Origin: Synechococcales cyanobacterium VAR_4_metabat_354
Lineage (GTDB): Bacteria > Cyanobacteriota > Cyanobacteriia > Cyanobacteriales > Chamaesiphonaceae
Assembly: GCA_031414775.1 (NCBI GenBank)
Contig: JANOQI010000031.1
Span: forward strand, 32,001 to 96,000
Direction: 5' to 3'
DNA: 64,000 nt
How positions within the stretch are numbered: position 1 is the stretch's first letter; the number at the start of each line of letters is the position of its first letter. Of this stretch, positions 44,034-56,006 are shown piece by piece. The notes below the pieces were generated by a model. That model worked only from the letters and a program-made list of their open reading frames with translations. It was not told the origin of the DNA and made no database searches. Both the position numbers and the translations under genes were made by a program.

Positions 44034-45011
44034 CTAAGCCACAAATTGTAGTAAGAACATCCCAAACCAGTGTTGGTGATCTGTCCAATGTTTAATTGGC
44101 TTCAGATTCCAGGTTTGGAACCGGTCTCCTCCAGGATAGCTCATGGCCTCTAAGTCGAACTTGCAAGAAACCTCCGTTAAGATAGTTTCATTGATCGCAA
44201 AGTCTACAGTTAGCCCCAATTTTTGTAGTTGTATAGATTGCGACTTGTTACTACGCAAATACATCTCAATCCGACGAATTTTTTGGTTGTAAATCGCCTG
44301 ATGTTGAAATTGACTGAGGTCAAAGTTACCATCAAAGCGACAGTTGAGGTGTGCCAACATATTTAGATTGAAAGCAGCTGTAACACCTTGAGCATCGTTA
44401 TAAGCTGGTTCTAAAATCTTTTCCGATTTGTGCAAATCCACACCCAGTAAAAAGTAGTCACCACCATGCATGGTGGTGACTACTTTCCGAAAAAAAGCAT
44501 CTTGCTCATCGGGATTGAGATTTCCTAAGCTGCTGCCCAGAAAAGAGATAACCTTGGGTTTCTGATGGTGAATTTGCAGCCAAGCCAAACCATCTTCATA
44601 GGTGCAGGCCAGAGGATGAATATTGAGGCCGGGATATGCCGCTTTCAGGTCATGGGCGGTACTGTTGAGAATGCCCGTACTGACATCGATCGGAAAGTAA
44701 GTAAAAGGCTGGCCTAATGCTTGATAAGCATCGAGGAGAATCCGGGTTTTGGTAGAGCTGCCACTGCCTAATTCAATGAGGTCAGCGCTACCGGTGGTGT
44801 TAGCGATCGATCGAGCACAGCCTTCCAGAATTGCCGTCTCGATGCGAGTCGGGTAGTATTCGGGCAGTTCGCAGATTTGCTCAAAAAGCTGCGAGCCCCG
44901 ATCGTCATAGAAGTATTTAGGTGGCAGGGTTTTAGGCTGACTAGTCAAACCCTGCACGACATCGAATCCATCGGTTGATGGGGTAGTTACTATGGGATTA
45001 ATAGGGTTCAC
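44034..45011 (-). CDS. egtD: L-histidine N-alpha-methyltransferase
   Basis: LPPKYFYD..GS.LFE.IC.LPEYYPTR, ELGSGSS.KT, AYND..GVTAAFN; GTG start. Confidence 0.92.
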   Translation of the reverse strand: MNPINPIVTTPSTDGFDVVQGLTSQPKTLPPKYFYDDRGSQLFEQICELPEYYPTRIETAILEGCARSIANTTGSADLIELGSGSSTKTRILLDAYQALGQPFTYFPIDVSTGILNSTAHDLKAAYPGLNIHPLACTYEDGLAWLQIHHQKPKVISFLGSSLGNLNPDEQDAFFRKVVTTMHGGDYFLLGVDLHKSEKILEPAYNDAQGVTAAFNLNMLAHLNCRFDGNFDLSQFQHQAIYNQKIRRIEMYLRSNKSQSIQLQKLGLTVDFAINETILTEVSCKFDLEAMSYPGGDRFQTWNLKPIKHWTDHQHWFGMFLLQFVA

Positions 45012-45339
45012 GCTGCAATGACAATATCCTTACGAGTGCTTTCGACCAAATAGACCATCCCCAGCTGTTTATCCAAAGATTTTTCTTCTGACACGCTCCG
45101 ACCTCGCTAAAATCACTCCAAGTATTCTAGCGGAAGTCTGGAATTAATTCGCCCACTAATTGTTAGAGATGAATTCTTCCACATAGAATTACTTATAGGT
45201 TTTATTCGATATTCTTTTGATAAAAATCCTGCATGTCTCTATGCATAGAGAAAAAATTAAGCTAAACTTACTTATCAATGACTTAAATCTATGAATTACT
45301 CAATAATGTTGTTGGCAAACATCTACTTGTCGTTAATTC

Positions 45340-45355
45340 ATAGATAAGAATCTAT
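45340..45355. promoter_or_regulatory. LysR/NdhR-type palindrome upstream of the nrtA-like gene
   Basis: ATAGAT-AAGA-ATCTAT, i.e. ATAG-N8-CTAT. Confidence 0.5.
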
Positions 45356-45442
45356 TCATTTAGTACGTTTAACTCTATTGAAATAATTAATTCTCGCAGT
45401 ACAGGTAATGAACTTTTATATGTAGATCTACAGAGTAATGAC

Positions 45443-46777
45443 ATGGAAAACTTAGTTAATCAAATTTCTCGCCGCAAATTCATACTCACCGCTGGAGTAA
45501 CAGCGATGGGCGGACTATTACTAAAAGGATGTGCATCATCCCCTAATTCTGGGAGCCAATTGGCACCAATTAAAGCTGCTAATGCGAATGCTGGTGGTGG
45601 AAATGAAACTACTAAAGCCCGGATTGGTTTTATCGGGCAAACTGATGCTTCTCCGTTGGTAGTTGCCAAGGTCAAAAAAATATTTGAAAAATATGGAATG
45701 CCAGATGTTGAGCTAGTTAAGCAACCATCTTGGGGAGTAACTAGAGACAATCTCCAAATTGGTTCGGCGGGAGGTGGTTTGGATGGGGCAATGGTTCTCA
45801 GTCCAATGCCATATCACATGAGCCTGGGCACAATTACAGTTAATAATAAAAAGCTGCCAATGTATGTAGTAGCTCGTTTAAACACTGGGGGACAAGGCAT
45901 ATCGGTAGGAAACCGTTATCGTGACGCCAATGTAGCCTTAGATGCTTCTAAAATCAAAGAAAGGGTCGATCGAGAGAGAGCCTCAGGTAACTATTTGCGG
46001 TTTGCCCATACTTTTAAAGGCGGCAATAGTGATCTAATGTTGCGCTATTGGTTGGCGGCAGGTGGTATTGATCCCAACAAAGATGTCATTAGTTTGGTAG
46101 TACCTGGATCGCAATTAGTTCCTAACATTAGAGTTAATAATATCGATGGTTTTTGTGTCGGTGATCCTTGGCATGTGCGCTTGATCAATCAAAAACTCGG
46201 TTATACCGCATTAGTAACTAATGAATTTTGGCAAGATCATCCTGAAAAAGCGTTGAGTTTTCGGAGTGATTGGGTCGATCGACATCCCAATGCTACTAAG
46301 TCAATTGTGAAGGCATTGATGGAAGCTCAACAATGGTGCGACAAAAAAGAAAATCGCATCGAAATGGCCACCGTCATCTCTGATCCAGAATGGGCGAAAG
46401 TACCCGTTAAAGATGTCCAAGATCGATTGACCGGTAGGATTGAGTATGGTAATAGTCGCCCAGTGGTCGAAAATAGTCCTAATATTATGCGCTACTGGAG
46501 TAACTATGCCAGTTATCCCTTTAAGAGTCATGATCTGTGGTTCTTGACTGAGAATATTCGGTGGGGTCAAATTCCGGCCAATACCGATCTCAACAAAATA
46601 ATTAGTCAAGTCAATCGAGAGGATATTTGGCGAGTAGCAGCTAAGGAATTAAATTTACCCACAGAACAGATTCCAGCTAATACTTCACGCGGCGTGGAAA
46701 CATTTTTTGATGGAGTTAAATTCGACCCAGCTAATCCTTCAGCCTATTTAAAAAGCTTGAAAATTAAACAAGTTTAG
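45443..46777 (+). CDS. nrtA: NrtA/CmpA-family ABC substrate-binding lipoprotein (NrtA-like, altered pocket)
   Basis: SRRKF twin-Arg signal, lipobox LKGC, SWG.TRDN, HPEK, SHDLWFLTENIRWG, RGVETFFDG. Confidence 0.8.
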   Translation: MENLVNQISRRKFILTAGVTAMGGLLLKGCASSPNSGSQLAPIKAANANAGGGNETTKARIGFIGQTDASPLVVAKVKKIFEKYGMPDVELVKQPSWGVTRDNLQIGSAGGGLDGAMVLSPMPYHMSLGTITVNNKKLPMYVVARLNTGGQGISVGNRYRDANVALDASKIKERVDRERASGNYLRFAHTFKGGNSDLMLRYWLAAGGIDPNKDVISLVVPGSQLVPNIRVNNIDGFCVGDPWHVRLINQKLGYTALVTNEFWQDHPEKALSFRSDWVDRHPNATKSIVKALMEAQQWCDKKENRIEMATVISDPEWAKVPVKDVQDRLTGRIEYGNSRPVVENSPNIMRYWSNYASYPFKSHDLWFLTENIRWGQIPANTDLNKIISQVNREDIWRVAAKELNLPTEQIPANTSRGVETFFDGVKFDPANPSAYLKSLKIKQV

Positions 46778-46835
46778 CTTTAGTCTTCAGCATTCTGTTA
46801 ATGTATTCCATTTTTCAACATAGGAGAAATTATTC

Positions 46836-47666
46836 ATGGCTAGATCGATCAGCAGTCGTCCCCAAACTAACATCCTCGAACGGCTATTAAGTAATAGAAA
46901 AACGCGAAAAGTATTTGCTCCGCTCATTGCCATTACCATAATTCTGATGATTTGGCAGTTATTGACATTAAGTCCGGATGCTAACTTACCCAGTCCGGTG
47001 AAAGTTATTCAGCAAACTTGGGAGCTAATCATCGATCCTTTTTTCGATAAAGGGGCGACTAATAAAGGGCTATTTTGGCAAATTTGGGCTAGTGTGCAGC
47101 GAGTTATCCAAGGATTTACCTTAGCGGCAATTGTGGGTATTTCTATCGGAATTATTGTGGGGACAAATGAATTTTTGTTTGATGCCCTCGATCCGATTTT
47201 TCAAATTTTGCGTACTATTCCACCGCTAGCCTGGTTGCCGATCGCTTTAGCAACCTTTCAACAATCTAATCCTTCAGCGATTTTTGTAATTTTCATCACT
47301 TCAATCTGGCCGATTATTCTCAATACGATCGCCGGAGTTCAACAAATTCCTCAAGATTATGTTAATGTCTCCAAAGTTTTGCAACTATCTAGAAAAGAAT
47401 ACTTTTTCGATGTAGTTTTCCCAGCCACTGTACCTTATATTTTCACGGGTTTACGCATTGGGGTTGGTTTATCTTGGTTGGCGATCGTTGCTGCCGAAAT
47501 GTTGATTGGCGGAGTCGGAATTGGTTTCTTTATCTGGGATGCTTGGAACGCCGCCAATATCAGTCAGATTATTATTGCTTTGGTTTATGTGGGATTGGTG
47601 GGCTTGATACTAGATAAAACAATCGCATTCATCGCTACTAAGGTAGTTCCCGAAGAACACAAATAA
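46836..47666 (+). CDS. nrtB: Nitrate-type ABC permease
   Basis: RTIPPLAWLP, PYIFTGLRIG.GLSWLAIVAAEML.GGVGIG. Confidence 0.85.
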   Translation: MARSISSRPQTNILERLLSNRKTRKVFAPLIAITIILMIWQLLTLSPDANLPSPVKVIQQTWELIIDPFFDKGATNKGLFWQIWASVQRVIQGFTLAAIVGISIGIIVGTNEFLFDALDPIFQILRTIPPLAWLPIALATFQQSNPSAIFVIFITSIWPIILNTIAGVQQIPQDYVNVSKVLQLSRKEYFFDVVFPATVPYIFTGLRIGVGLSWLAIVAAEMLIGGVGIGFFIWDAWNAANISQIIIALVYVGLVGLILDKTIAFIATKVVPEEHK

Positions 47667-47789
47667 CTATATCTAAAGTCATGCATAGATCTCAGGAAAA
47701 TGGCTTTATGGCAATTAACTAAGATAGGCATTGTCAACTCCATATAACGCTTCTATCCAAATACAATCTTAATTTAGTGGGAAAACAAA

Positions 47790-49772
47790 ATGTCCAGCTT
47801 TGTTGAAGTAAATCAAGTAGATAAAACATTTGACCTCGCCAATGGTGGTAGTTACGTTGCCTTAAAAGGCATCGATTTAAACATCCGTAAGGGTGAATTC
47901 ATTTCCCTGATCGGACATTCGGGCTGTGGTAAATCCACTCTCTTGAATATTATTGCTGGTTTAGATGGTGCGACCGACGGCATTGTCTTAGTTGATGAAA
48001 CACCAGTCACTAAGCCCGGCCCCGATCGGATGGTCGTATTTCAAAATTATTCGCTGCTGCCGTGGTTAACTGTTCGCGAAAACATTGCCTTGGCAGTAAA
48101 TAAAGTGCTACAAGGTCTGCCTAAAGCGGAGCGACACCAAATCGTCGAAGGACATATCGACATGGTTGGCTTACGAGCCGCTGCTGATAAAAAACCCGGA
48201 CAACTTTCGGGAGGCATGAAGCAACGAGTCTCGATCGCCCGAGCCTTTGCGATTCGACCTAAGGTTTTGCTGTTAGATGAACCTTTTGGCGCTCTAGATG
48301 CTTTGACACGCGGTGGCTTACAAGAACGATTGATGCAGATTTGTGAGGAAAACCAGGTCACGGCAGTAATGGTAACTCATGATATCGACGAGGCATTGTT
48401 GTTGTCCGATCGCATTATCATGCTCACCAATGGGCCAGAGTCTAAAATTGGCCAAATTCTGGAAGTCGATATCCCACGTCCCCGCAAACGTCTAGAAGTC
48501 GTCGAGCATCCGAGCTACTATAGCTTGAGAAGTGAAATGATCTACTTTCTCAACCAACAAAAACGGGTCAAAAAAATCCGTGCTCAAAAGACTACTATAG
48601 TTGCTCGTCATGGTTTGGAGAAAGTCAATATTCACCTGGGATTTGTTCCTTTAACGGCTTGTGCACCGTTAGCAATTGCTAAAGAAAAAGGTTTTTTTAT
48701 TAAACATGGCTTAGATGAAGTCAGTTTGGCGCGAGAATCGAGTTGGCGAGGAATTGTTGATGGAATTAGTGGCGGTTATATTGATGCAGCCCAAATGCCT
48801 TCGGGGATGCCAGCTTGGTTAACATTGGGTGGTAACAATGATATACCTTTAGCCGTAGTTACTGCCATGACTATGGCACGCAATGGCAATGCCATCACCT
48901 TAAAGGAAGAGTTCTTTCAACAAAATATTAGAACGCTCGATGACTTTCACGAATTCATTTTAAAAACTCCTGATAAACGCCACAATTTTGGGATGGTACA
49001 TCCATCTTCCATGCACAACTTGTTACTGCGGTATTGGTTAGCGGCTGGGGGGATTGATCCAGACAAAGATGTAAATCTAATGACGATTCCCCCCGCCCAA
49101 ATGGTGGTGGATCTAAAAGCGGGGACGATCGATGGTTATTGCGTGGGTGAACCCTGGAATTATCGAGCCGCCCGTGAAGGTAAAGGCTTCACCATTGCCT
49201 CCGATTTAGGGATCTGGAATGGACACCCCGGTAAAGTGTTGGGAGTGAGAGAAGATTGGGCAAATGCTTATCCTAATACTCATATTGCTCTAGTTAAAGC
49301 TCTGTTAGAAGCTTGTCAATATTGTTCTGACCCCAATAATGTGGAAGAAATTCGTCACCTGCTAGCTCAAAAAGAATATCTAGGCATGAAAGTCGATTAT
49401 ATTACCCTGGCTGACCCTAATAACGACATTGGTATTCACGATCCGCACCAAGAATATGCTCACCCGCAGTTTTTTGGCAATAGCTTGAATCGTCCAAGTC
49501 GTACCGAACAGCTGTGGATTATTACCCAAATGGCACGCTGGGGCATTACGCCCTTTCCTCGCAATTGGGTGGAGATTGTAGAACGAGTTTGTCGAACAAC
49601 AACCTTTAGTACTGGCTCCAGAGAGCTAGGTTTTGATGTTGATTATGGTCTGAATGAGATCGAATTATTCGATGGGGTACCGTTTAATGCGAAAGACCCG
49701 ATTGGTTATCTCAACAATTTGAAAATCAAACGTCCTATTTCAGTGGCAGAAGTCCATTTGGATCGAGCTTAG
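47790..49772 (+). CDS. nrtC: NrtC/CmpC-family ABC ATPase with C-terminal solute-binding-like domain (sequence looks CmpC-like)
   Basis: GHSGCGKS, LSGGMKQR; C-terminal domain has ARHGLEKVN, PLTACAPL, SWRGIVDG; symbol assigned by position only. Confidence 0.75.
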   Translation: MSSFVEVNQVDKTFDLANGGSYVALKGIDLNIRKGEFISLIGHSGCGKSTLLNIIAGLDGATDGIVLVDETPVTKPGPDRMVVFQNYSLLPWLTVRENIALAVNKVLQGLPKAERHQIVEGHIDMVGLRAAADKKPGQLSGGMKQRVSIARAFAIRPKVLLLDEPFGALDALTRGGLQERLMQICEENQVTAVMVTHDIDEALLLSDRIIMLTNGPESKIGQILEVDIPRPRKRLEVVEHPSYYSLRSEMIYFLNQQKRVKKIRAQKTTIVARHGLEKVNIHLGFVPLTACAPLAIAKEKGFFIKHGLDEVSLARESSWRGIVDGISGGYIDAAQMPSGMPAWLTLGGNNDIPLAVVTAMTMARNGNAITLKEEFFQQNIRTLDDFHEFILKTPDKRHNFGMVHPSSMHNLLLRYWLAAGGIDPDKDVNLMTIPPAQMVVDLKAGTIDGYCVGEPWNYRAAREGKGFTIASDLGIWNGHPGKVLGVREDWANAYPNTHIALVKALLEACQYCSDPNNVEEIRHLLAQKEYLGMKVDYITLADPNNDIGIHDPHQEYAHPQFFGNSLNRPSRTEQLWIITQMARWGITPFPRNWVEIVERVCRTTTFSTGSRELGFDVDYGLNEIELFDGVPFNAKDPIGYLNNLKIKRPISVAEVHLDRA

Positions 49773-49820
49773 GTCAACATCAATAATTATTAAATTAAGT
49801 GGTACAGAATAGGTAATATT

Positions 49821-50663
49821 ATGACAGTAGTTAAATCGACTTATCAAGATACAAAAACTCATAAATCAGCTAGCCGTAGTCCATTTCTTTTGGTGGAAGA
49901 TGTAGCTAAAATATACCCTACAGCTAAAGGTGCTTATACAGTTTTAGAAAATGTCAATCTTACCGTCGATAAAGGGGAATTTATTTGTTTGATCGGTCAC
50001 TCCGGTTGTGGTAAATCTACTTTACTGAATATGATTGCGGGCTTTAGTCAGCCCAGTATTGGTCGAGTGGAATTAAAAGGAGAAGCAATCCTTCAACCAG
50101 GTCCTGATAGGATGATGGTGTTTCAAGGTTATGCTCTGCTGCCTTGGAAAACAGCTTTTGAAAATATTTATTTAGCCGTTAACTCAGTTTATCCTCAAAA
50201 ATCTAAGTCTGAGAAAGTATCGATCGTCAATGAGCACTTGGCGATGGTCGGATTGGCCGATGCCGCTGATAAAAAGCCGCAACAACTTTCGGGTGGGATG
50301 AAACAGCGAGTAGCAATCGCTCGTGCCCTTTCCATACGTCCCGAAGTCTTGATCTTGGATGAACCCTTTGGCGCTCTCGACCAAATCACCAAGGAGGAAT
50401 TGCAGGAGGAATTAATGAGAATTTGCGGCGAACAAAACTGTACGGTGCTGATGATTACTCACGATATTGATGAGGCGTTATTTTTAGCCGATCGATTGGT
50501 AATGATGACGAATGGCCCCGCTGCTAAAATCGGTGAAATTTTGAGTATTCCCTTTGAGCGCCCTCGCGATCGAGATCAGATTTTGGAAGACCCAGAATAC
50601 TACAATTTACGTAACTATGCCTTAGACTTTCTTTATCACCGCTTTGCCCATGATGATGAATAA
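49821..50663 (+). CDS. nrtD: NrtD/CmpD-family ABC ATPase
   Basis: GHSGCGKS, PGPDRMMVFQ, LRNYALDFLYHRFAHDD. Confidence 0.85.
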   Translation: MTVVKSTYQDTKTHKSASRSPFLLVEDVAKIYPTAKGAYTVLENVNLTVDKGEFICLIGHSGCGKSTLLNMIAGFSQPSIGRVELKGEAILQPGPDRMMVFQGYALLPWKTAFENIYLAVNSVYPQKSKSEKVSIVNEHLAMVGLADAADKKPQQLSGGMKQRVAIARALSIRPEVLILDEPFGALDQITKEELQEELMRICGEQNCTVLMITHDIDEALFLADRLVMMTNGPAAKIGEILSIPFERPRDRDQILEDPEYYNLRNYALDFLYHRFAHDDE

Positions 50664-50665
50664 CT

Positions 50666-51127
50666 ATGCGAATTTTCAGAAACCTCAAATCTTTTATATC
50701 TGATGATGAAAAATTCTTAAATGGCCTAAAAGTTGTAGAAGGCTGGGTCTCTAAGGTTCTATCGCTGGGGATGATTTTAGTTACCCTAATAGCTATTTTT
50801 CATCTTGGATATTCTTTGATAGAAACTCTAGCTCATGCCACTAACAAGCCTACTAATGATAACTTCAATACAGAACTATTTCAGTTATTCGGTCTATTTT
50901 TAAATGTTTTAATTGCCTTGGAAATCCTAGAGAATATCGCTGCCTACCTAAAAAAGCATGTTATTCAAGTTGAGCTAGTATTAATTACCTCTCTTATTGC
51001 TGTATCTAGAAAAATTATTATTTTGGATTTAGAGAAAAAAGACAGTAATGATCTGATCGCCCTAGGTGTAGCCACATTTGCACTATCAATTAGCTATGTC
51101 ATGATTCGTTTGTCTAATCGCACTTGA
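50666..51127 (+). CDS. PsiE-family membrane protein
   Basis: FLNVLIALEILENI...ELVLITSLIAVSRKIIILD; starts 2 nt after the nrtD stop. Confidence 0.85.
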   Translation: MRIFRNLKSFISDDEKFLNGLKVVEGWVSKVLSLGMILVTLIAIFHLGYSLIETLAHATNKPTNDNFNTELFQLFGLFLNVLIALEILENIAAYLKKHVIQVELVLITSLIAVSRKIIILDLEKKDSNDLIALGVATFALSISYVMIRLSNRT

Positions 51128-51260
51128 ACATCTAATTTGTCCAGTAGCCAGCAGTCTAGCTAAACTTAGCCATCAGGCGAAAATTTTGTCGATCGATGAA
51201 AAATCAGCTGGCGAATTGCTATGATCAGGCTATCTCTGCGTTTTGCCAAGCTTAAACCCA

Positions 51261-52802
51261 ATGACAGACTCGTCTTTTCTGCCAGCTGGTACCATCCTCG
51301 AAAACAATTACCAAATCATCAAAGAGTTAGGCCAAGGCGGTTTTGCCCGTACTTATTTGGCAACCAACCTGCGCCGTTTCCAAGAAAACTGCGTCCTGAA
51401 GGAGTTTGCGCCCCAAATAGCTGACAGCCAAGTGGGTAAAGCCACCGAGATGTTTGAACGGGAAGCTAGCATTATGTATAAGCTGGAACATGACCAGATT
51501 CCAAAGTTTCGAGAACAGTTTAAGGCGCGGACCGCGACTGGCGAATCCTTATTTATTGTTCAAGACTATATTGAAGGGGATAATTACTGGCAATTGATTC
51601 AGAATCGCGGCCAGCTTTTTTCCGAAGCCGAGATCGCCACATTTTTCCGGCAAATCTTGCCAGTTCTAGAATATGTCCACCAGTTGGGCGTGGTGCATCG
51701 CGATATTTCTCCTGACAACATTATTTGTCGGCAGTCAGATGCTCTGCCAGTGCTAATTGATTTTGGGGCGGTGAAAGAGGCGGCGGCCAAATATAGCCAT
51801 GTGACTGGGACAGCGGTGGGTAAGGTCGGATTCGCCCCAGACGAACAAATGCGGCGTGGTCAGGTGTCACCGGCTAGCGATCTCTATGCCCTAGCAGCGA
51901 CGGCTTTAGTATTAATGACTGGTTTGGAACCACATCAACTTTACGATATTCGTACTGCCAACTGGGAATGGGAAAGAAAAGTTAGTGCCCATCCCGATTT
52001 TGCCCAAGTGATCAATAAAATGTTGGCTTATCGATCGAAAGACCGTTATCAGTCTGCTGCTGAGGTGTTAGCGGCATTGCCGCCAGATAAAAACCTCAGC
52101 AAGCAATCAACATTACTGTCTAGCGCGGCACCAGCCCAGAACTTAATGTCTCGCTTAAAAACCTTGATTGTCTCGCCCAAAGCAGCCATCAGCCAAGTTG
52201 TCACCCAATTTAAACCAACACAGGTGGTAAAAACAGAGGCCGATTGGCAGAAGCCAGTTTGGGCGGTGTCTAAATTCATGGGTACGATCTTCTTAGGAAC
52301 TTGGGCAGTGACAGCTGGCCTGAAATGGCTACAAAATGCTGACTTGCTGGCAACTGCCCCAAAGCCTGCCGCTACTACCAAGTCCTTTGACCCGCTGAAA
52401 TTGATCGGAGATAACATGCCCAAGTCTTTCGATCCAATGAAATCGATTAATGATGCCATTCCTAAAGATTTTGATCCGCTGAAGTCGTTTAATAACGCGA
52501 TTCCCAAAAATTTCGACCCCATGAAGTCGGTCAATGATGCGATAGCTGGATTAATGCCCAACTCTATTTCTAAACCTGCTGCGCCAGTTGCTGCCCAACA
52601 GATTCAAGCCAAGCGCAAAGCTGTCCAAAAACAGCTCAAAGATTCTGGGAAAAACGCCGATCAGTTTTATAAACAGATCGATCGAACCTTTTACCAAAAA
52701 CATCCCGAGCTAAAAAATCGTCAACTCCAACCAGGCAAAGTCGATAGTGCGTTGCGCGATGAATGGTGGTCGATCGCCCAGCAGCAGATTCAAGAAAAGT
52801 AA
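51261..52802 (+). CDS. Membrane-anchored Ser/Thr protein kinase (Pkn2 type)
   Basis: GQGGF, VLKE, HRDISPDN, DFG, SDLY; TM segment then C-terminal region with repeats. Confidence 0.92.
   Translation: MTDSSFLPAGTILENNYQIIKELGQGGFARTYLATNLRRFQENCVLKEFAPQIADSQVGKATEMFEREASIMYKLEHDQIPKFREQFKARTATGESLFIVQDYIEGDNYWQLIQNRGQLFSEAEIATFFRQILPVLEYVHQLGVVHRDISPDNIICRQSDALPVLIDFGAVKEAAAKYSHVTGTAVGKVGFAPDEQMRRGQVSPASDLYALAATALVLMTGLEPHQLYDIRTANWEWERKVSAHPDFAQVINKMLAYRSKDRYQSAAEVLAALPPDKNLSKQSTLLSSAAPAQNLMSRLKTLIVSPKAAISQVVTQFKPTQVVKTEADWQKPVWAVSKFMGTIFLGTWAVTAGLKWLQNADLLATAPKPAATTKSFDPLKLIGDNMPKSFDPMKSINDAIPKDFDPLKSFNNAIPKNFDPMKSVNDAIAGLMPNSISKPAAPVAAQQIQAKRKAVQKQLKDSGKNADQFYKQIDRTFYQKHPELKNRQLQPGKVDSALRDEWWSIAQQQIQEK
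52380..52547 (+). repeat. Four in-frame 42-bp (14-aa) tandem repeats
   Basis: KSFDPLKLIGDNMP / KSFDPMKSINDAIP / KDFDPLKSFNNAIP / KNFDPMKSVNDAIA. Confidence 0.9.
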
Positions 52803-53034
52803 AAACCCTGTAACCTAGATGTTTCCGGGCAGGTCCGCTGTTTGGATCATCAGCTTCTGGTGCCGCTCAAGTCAATTGTTGCCTTCACGAGAAACTCACA
52901 ATTTAGAATTAAAATCGAGTTTATTAATCCGGGTTACAGCAATGATTAATTAATATACACACATACAGTTATTGGTGGTTTACCTTCTTCGGCAGTAGTG
53001 AGAACTGTGGTAGTGTCTCTACTCATCAATCTCA

Positions 53035-53055
53035 TAGTTAGGAATAGTCTAACTA
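53035..53055. promoter_or_regulatory. PerR/Fur-like inverted repeat upstream of prx-katG
   Basis: TAGTTAG-GAATAGT-CTAACTA; core TTAGGAA-T-AGTCTAA resembles the 7-1-7 Per box. Confidence 0.5.
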
Positions 53056-53084
53056 ATGATGAATTCAAGTAAGGAGCTGGGCAA

Positions 53085-53630
53085 ATGTTATTTAATCATG
53101 AGGGTCAGCGTGTTCCTCAAGTAACTTTTCCGATGTTTATACGGATGTTCGGAGAGGTATGTTGGTACAATCTTTCGACAGCAGATCTTTTTGAACACAA
53201 AACTGTGGTGGTGTTTACGGTGTCAGGAGCCTTTACTCCGTATTCTCATATGCAACTATTAGGCTACAACGATTATGCCGAGGTATTTCGAGCAAATGGA
53301 GTTGATGAGATTCTTTGCGTCTCGGTAAATGATCCGTTTTTGCTGGCAAGTTGGGCTCAAGAAGAAAGAGCCGATCAGGTGCGCTTTATCCCCGATGTCA
53401 ATGGTGACTTTACCGGCGAGTTGGGTATGATGGTGAACCTCTGTGATCGAGGGATGGGGCAACGCTCTTGGCGGTATTCCATGCTAGTGAAGGATGAGGT
53501 AATTGAAAAAATGTTTATAGAACGAGATGGCTTTGAAGTGATGCCCATGGTTGCTAATGCCGAGGCAATGTTGAACTACATCAATACATCCAGCCAGAGG
53601 CCAAAAACCCCTAGCCGACCACTATGTTGA
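53085..53630 (+). CDS. Type II (Prx5-like) peroxiredoxin homolog lacking the peroxidatic Cys
   Basis: GAFTP, CVSVNDPF, PD.NG.FT, RSWRYSM; active site reads SGAFTPYSH instead of PGAFTPTCS; AAGGAG RBS. Confidence 0.85.
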   Translation: MLFNHEGQRVPQVTFPMFIRMFGEVCWYNLSTADLFEHKTVVVFTVSGAFTPYSHMQLLGYNDYAEVFRANGVDEILCVSVNDPFLLASWAQEERADQVRFIPDVNGDFTGELGMMVNLCDRGMGQRSWRYSMLVKDEVIEKMFIERDGFEVMPMVANAEAMLNYINTSSQRPKTPSRPLC

Positions 53631-53707
53631 TACAAATGTAGCGGAGGGTACTTGCTGCCGAAAAAAAGGTGGCACAAAAAAGGAAAATACACCACAAAAA
53701 ACGATAG

Positions 53708-55924
<2,217 letters not shown>

Positions 55925-55942
55925 TCTCAGCTTCACATCCTG

Positions 55943-55984
55943 AACCTGGGTATGGGGGTAGAAACCTCATACCCAGGTTGTTTG
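55943..55984 (+). terminator. Terminator after katG
   Basis: AACCTGGGTATG...CATACCCAGGTT stem followed by GTTTG. Confidence 0.75.
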
Positions 55985-56006
55985 AACCTTCTATTATGAT
56001 ATCCAG

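Noticed and set aside
52380..52547. 42-bp repeats as a possible CRISPR array
   Set aside because: No spacers, in-frame coding repeats with synonymous variation, no cas genes
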